NCBI GenBank assembly: GCA_040954595.2
Contig: CM082578.2
Coordinates: 13,670,304 to 13,734,303, forward strand
DNA length: 64,000 nt
Source: Balanoglossus misakiensis
Taxonomy: Eukaryota > Animalia > Hemichordata
Reading direction: 5' to 3'
Shown: positions 59,264-64,000 of the stretch, in pieces
Position numbering within the stretch: the stretch's first letter is position 1
How the letters are laid out: each line of letters starts with the position of its first letter
Position numbers and translations under genes: made by a program
Notes under the pieces: model-generated
Databases searched by the model: none
What the model was told of the DNA's origin: nothing
What the model saw: the letters and a program-made list of their open reading frames with translations, nothing else

Positions 59264-61234
59264 AAAAACTTCCACAACACACTTTTTGAAGACCCCCCTC
59301 CTCCCCGAAGCATACAAGAATCCAGATGAGACACAACAGTACTCTTGTATGGACTAGTCTTACCTCATATTGGAATTGCCTGTTTATGTCCAGTGGCAAA
59401 GATGATTGCAAAGGTCTTCTCAGTGGAATAATGGGGTCGAAATATGTACTTACCGTACTTCATGTTTTGAAGGACTTCTTGTGACAAATTCTGCCCCAAA
59501 GCCTTGCAATGCAGTCACCAGAGGTCTATTTACATTTCGGGTACAATCAAAATCAATCAGTATATTGTCATTTGATAATCTTACAGTTATTTTGGGTACA
59601 AACAAAAATCTGTCACATGGTGATCGAAGCAGAAGTGTTTGTTTTGGAAAACACACATGTAGTCAGAAGTTCAGTGGATTTATTTTGCACGCCATATACA
59701 TTATTGGACAAGGGTTACAATAATGATATTGACTAACATGATTTGTCCGGTCATGTCCATTTGTCCATTTACATGGCAATCGTTGACATCATCGTCTGCT
59801 TGCATGGGTCATTGGCTCGACAACGTTTCCCCACGACCTTTGCGAGTGAAGATGCGCGTTGACATCAGTGTATCTCTGCTTGTCAAGTGTACAATCATGG
59901 TTTCTATGCTGTCTGAGTGCTTTTACTATGCTTGGAGACATCTATTTAATAATGTAGCCAAACATAACATAATCACCAAATTTAGAATTTTTATGGAAAT
60001 ATATGGATTGGGAAATTTTATTCAAAATACACAAAGTGGAAGGAAACTTAATATGCATAGGTTTCAATGTTTTTAAGGGTATTTTCTGACATTTTATATC
60101 CGTCCTATCACAAGTAATTGTGCAATAAGTTAGTGCTTGCACAGTGTGAAGATTAAATTGCCAAATTATTGTGACACTTTCCAGAGAAACAAGTCCAAAG
60201 TGGAATATGAAGACTTGTTGAAAAAGTCTCTATTCTTTGTAGCTGCAAGACAGTGATCATGGCAATCAATTATGTTCCCTGAAATGATTTCTTGGAAATC
60301 TGTTTGCTTATACTTAGTGGGTGGTATTTTCTTGAATGACGTTGTTTCTGTAGATACTGAACAAACTGATATAATATTGTCCATTGCAGCTTTGAGTCTT
60401 ACTGGTTTAGATTCAACCAAATCAGTGTCAAAATTTGGTGGTAAAAAAGCTCATTTATTTTCAGAAGTGATACACACACCTTGCTCACCATTTTGCATAC
60501 ATTATTGAATATAATATACCAACCTTTATTTTACAAAGGTATCAAAGTTAATCTGTACGACCTCTTGCAATATAACACCTTTGGTACCATAGCCCTCTAG
60601 TTACCTGTGCAAATAATCCATTTTTTCAACCTTATTTACCTTCATCTGTGTGAATACTTAAAGTGTAAATAGAGCTGTCAGATTATACTTCTTTTTCTAC
60701 TGTAACTAAAATTATTTAATCCGTCCACTTTTATGAAAGAATTTTCTTGGAATATTAAAATAGCCAACGCACAAATATGCTGAAAAATGCATTTGATTCT
60801 ACAAATATCAGCTTGACATATCACATGGTTCATGATTCAGCAATATTCAGGTTTATGAAATATGAATGCTTCATGAAATACACTTTGTATGTATCATTAT
60901 TTACAAATGAGGAAATGTACAGAGAGCTCACGATATTTTGCATATTTGTATACATTCCACAGGTAACAAAAAATATGAATCTTTAATACCTTTTATTCCA
61001 GTATTTGTTTTATGATTACAATAAAAACCGTCTCTGTAAAAAAAGATTTTGAGATAATTCCACCCAAGTATGCGCGCAAAATTCCCATTTGTGTGACAGA
61101 ATGAAGTGTACTTTTGTTGTCATTAGCAGATGCATACACAAGATGAAGAATTTCATCAAAATCGCCACTGAGGGCGCTGTTTGAGCACGGAGATTGAGCC
61201 AGTCCCATCAGATAGCTGTTGTGAGTCAGCTCTG

Positions 61235-64000
61235 TCAATCTTCACTGGAAATCTCCTGCCTAACACTGCTATCTTGCAATATGCTCATGTCCACATGGGG
61301 TACATCCTCAGGAACCACTATGTGACTCAAGCCAGGGTCAGCATCAGCATCATTAGCATCTGTCAGGAATGACAGCAATGTGTCATTCTCATAGGTTGGG
61401 AAATAATATCTGAAAGCAAACCAGAAATTATATGCATTCGTCATTTAAATAAAAGAAAACAAGCCTGTTTTTGAACACTATGGTTAGACTTAAGTTACAC
61501 ATGGTGATAATGGCTTTTCCTGAATAACCAAACCCAAAGCTATCATAAGTAAAAATCAGCCAGACTGAGCTTCCCCTTTTTGCACTTACTGAGGTTGATC
61601 CCATGTCTCTATGGCCGGCAGTTCTCTGCAGTGATCTTGACTTGCAAGATGTTCAGATAACGCTTCCTTCTTCTCAAACTTCTTCTGGCAATGTGGACAG
61701 GTGTTTTGGTAGATCTGTCGTCTGATGTAATTGATCAGTTTCACTTGTTGATAAAAATTCAAACCTAAGGGGGCACAAAAAAGCGGTGAGAAAGGACTAA
61801 GAAAATCGACCTTTAAAAGCACCTTATGTTTATGTGTACATTATGTTTATAGCTACAGATACCAGTACATAACACTTACATTGATATGTAAGTATGGTAA
61901 ACCTACCCAGTGTTGTAGCTGTCCCTTTCAAATCAAAGTTGTGTGAACCAATCATATGTCTCTGTAACGTGTCAATCACAGAAGAGCCATAATCACAGAA
62001 TAGACAATAGGCTACAGGCCCCACCCCCTCCTCCCAGTCAGCCCAATCCCTGTAGACAGAAGAAACACATATCAATCAATGTAAGAAAGCACAATATTTT
62101 GAAAGTTATCCCCCTTGGCAAGACATGATAAAAGATTGCCAACAGGGGGTGTGGTAGTTTTCTGCCAGGAAGTATATCAATATGGCTATCTCTGTCACTG
62201 CAATGTCTTGTTATGTTGTGCCTTATAGCTGCATTTCACACACTTCCTGTCAAATGTGAACAGACCACACAGATGTGAAGATAGCCCAACTGTCCCATTG
62301 TGTGATGGAAAATGTACATTCAAAAGTTTGGCGTACATTAACCACTGTTTAACCCACTTCCCAGTTTTTGAATTTGTACTGAAAAACAAAACATGATCGA
62401 GTAACCAAAGTCTACAAGATTGCTTGTGCATGGCACACATTTTCACATTACTCTAATTTTGGAATGCACACATACTCTTCCTTGTCTGAGAGTGACTCTG
62501 GTGTGTCTACATCATAGTCTGGTTCCGCCTGCACACTCTCCCAATTCTTGCCAAGTTCAAGGTAGTTGATGACATAGAACTTGTCATAAGCTTTATTCTT
62601 CGGGTTAATTCTCTTGTGTTGTTTTTTCCTCATGTGATCTTTTAAGGTCATCCAATCTGTGAAGGTCTTCTCACAGTACAAACATTGCAAACTATTGAAA
62701 CAAACACAAAAATAATCACAAAATTATTTTTTTAGCTCTACAAATGGGGACATGGAAGACAGTCACATGACCATGTTTCTAGGTTGTTATTTTTTAGTGG
62801 GTTAAATGTCAATGCTTATGTTGAATATTTTTTAAACCTGGTCACTTCACAAAGCAACTGCTTCTGGGTTGACAAAGATGGCAAAATAATACATGAGATT
62901 TCAAAGCAGAAATTACTTTAATTTATTATCATCACAACTTATTCACTTACTTGCGAAGTTTCTCCTCAAGGATGTCCAAGAACTCGCTGGTAAACACTGA
63001 AAGAGAAAATTACCTTCAGTCTGCATTGATTAAAACAAAAAAATGTGAAAGTGTTGTGATATCATGTATCGGGTAGGTAATACATCTCTGAACAAATTCA
63101 GACAGCTCACATCTTTGCATGGAAGTGTTTTAAGACCCACCTAGGTTATCTGGCTGTCCGATGTTAAAGCCATGGTCATGAGCCATGTGGTTCAACAACT
63201 CAGCCCGGTTGACTTTGAAATTCTGTCGACAGAACAAACACTGTCTGCAGAATGAACTGTCTGTTCGTTCCTTCTGTTGGCATTCGAGCACCTTGTCCAG
63301 TCTTTTCCTTTGGATATATTCCCGGATCTGCTTGTCTTCAGGCAAAATGTCCGACAGGAGATAGTACTGTTCTCTTGGACCTGGGAGAAAATCCAAGCAA
63401 GGAAACCAGAAACAATATCTTTTGTGGTGAATGTGTGTCTGTCATTGTTGTTCTAATTTCATAAATTGTCACAGCCCCTCAATCACAACCGAGATTTCAA
63501 CAATGAATTCCTCACCTATGTTTGTAGGTTTTGAGTTGGTTTGTATTACACTACAAAAATTAGTGAGTGCAGGTTCTTGTTGAAATCTCTTCCTCCAGTA
63601 TTCAACATATCTGTGAGATGGAGAAAAGACAAGTTCATTCATTGAGGAAAATAAGTTTCACATAGTTTTCACAGAATTGGTTTAATAATAGTAATTATAT
63701 GTCTGTAGTCATCACTCCAAACCAATGGTGTTTTGTAAGTGTACTGTATGATGTTTATGGTTTACAGATAAATTCTTTATCATGATTGTGATTTCTTCAA
63801 CTACAACGTGCTGGAGAAAAGGCTCATGATGCAAGGGATAAGTGGGACATAAAAATTTAAAAGGGGACTATACTTACTTTTTGAGATCACAGATCAGTTT
63901 GATATCGGCAATAACTAGTTTGTGATCTGTAAATAAATGTTTCAAGAAATCGTTCTCCTGTCCAATCACATCAAACATCTCCTCACACAGCAAACACTTA
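61235..64000 (-). CDS. ZNF277: Zinc finger protein 277, 3' part (exons >64000-63878, 63610-63516, 63380-63141, 62996-62951, 62691-62476, 62049-61907, 61764-61590, 61409-61235)
   Basis: Blocks HGFNIGQPDNLV, LQCLYCEKTF.D...LKDHMRKKQHKRINPKNKAYDKFYVINYLELGKNW, LNFYQQVKLINYIRRQ and WDQPQYYFPTYENDTLL are characteristic of ZNF277. Confidence 0.94.

Overview
Eukaryotic animal genomic DNA with GT-AG introns and AT-rich non-coding sequence. The gene content fits a marine invertebrate, plausibly an ambulacrarian such as a hemichordate; that taxonomy is inference only. Left to right: the large final exon of dystroglycan (+) with an internally duplicated Ig/SEA region; an intronless SLC35G/EamA-type transporter (+); a 12-exon GABA-subfamily SLC6 transporter (-); a 2-exon orphan multi-pass membrane protein with gustatory-receptor-like (7TMIC) architecture (-); three tandem Q50 PRD-class homeobox genes (-, about 28.3-39.0 kb); IFRD (-) head-to-head with a C-terminal-motor kinesin-14 (+); and the 3' part of ZNF277 (-). 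The most interesting signal is the homeobox trio. All three share the QYPD signature and intron positions, and between them they carry eh1 (Groucho), CtBP and beta-TrCP degron motifs. One member resembles vertebrate Hesx1/Anf, and a 226-bp element with a paired-type dimer site and an octamer is duplicated upstream of the middle gene. Exon boundaries were read by eye and not checked against transcripts.
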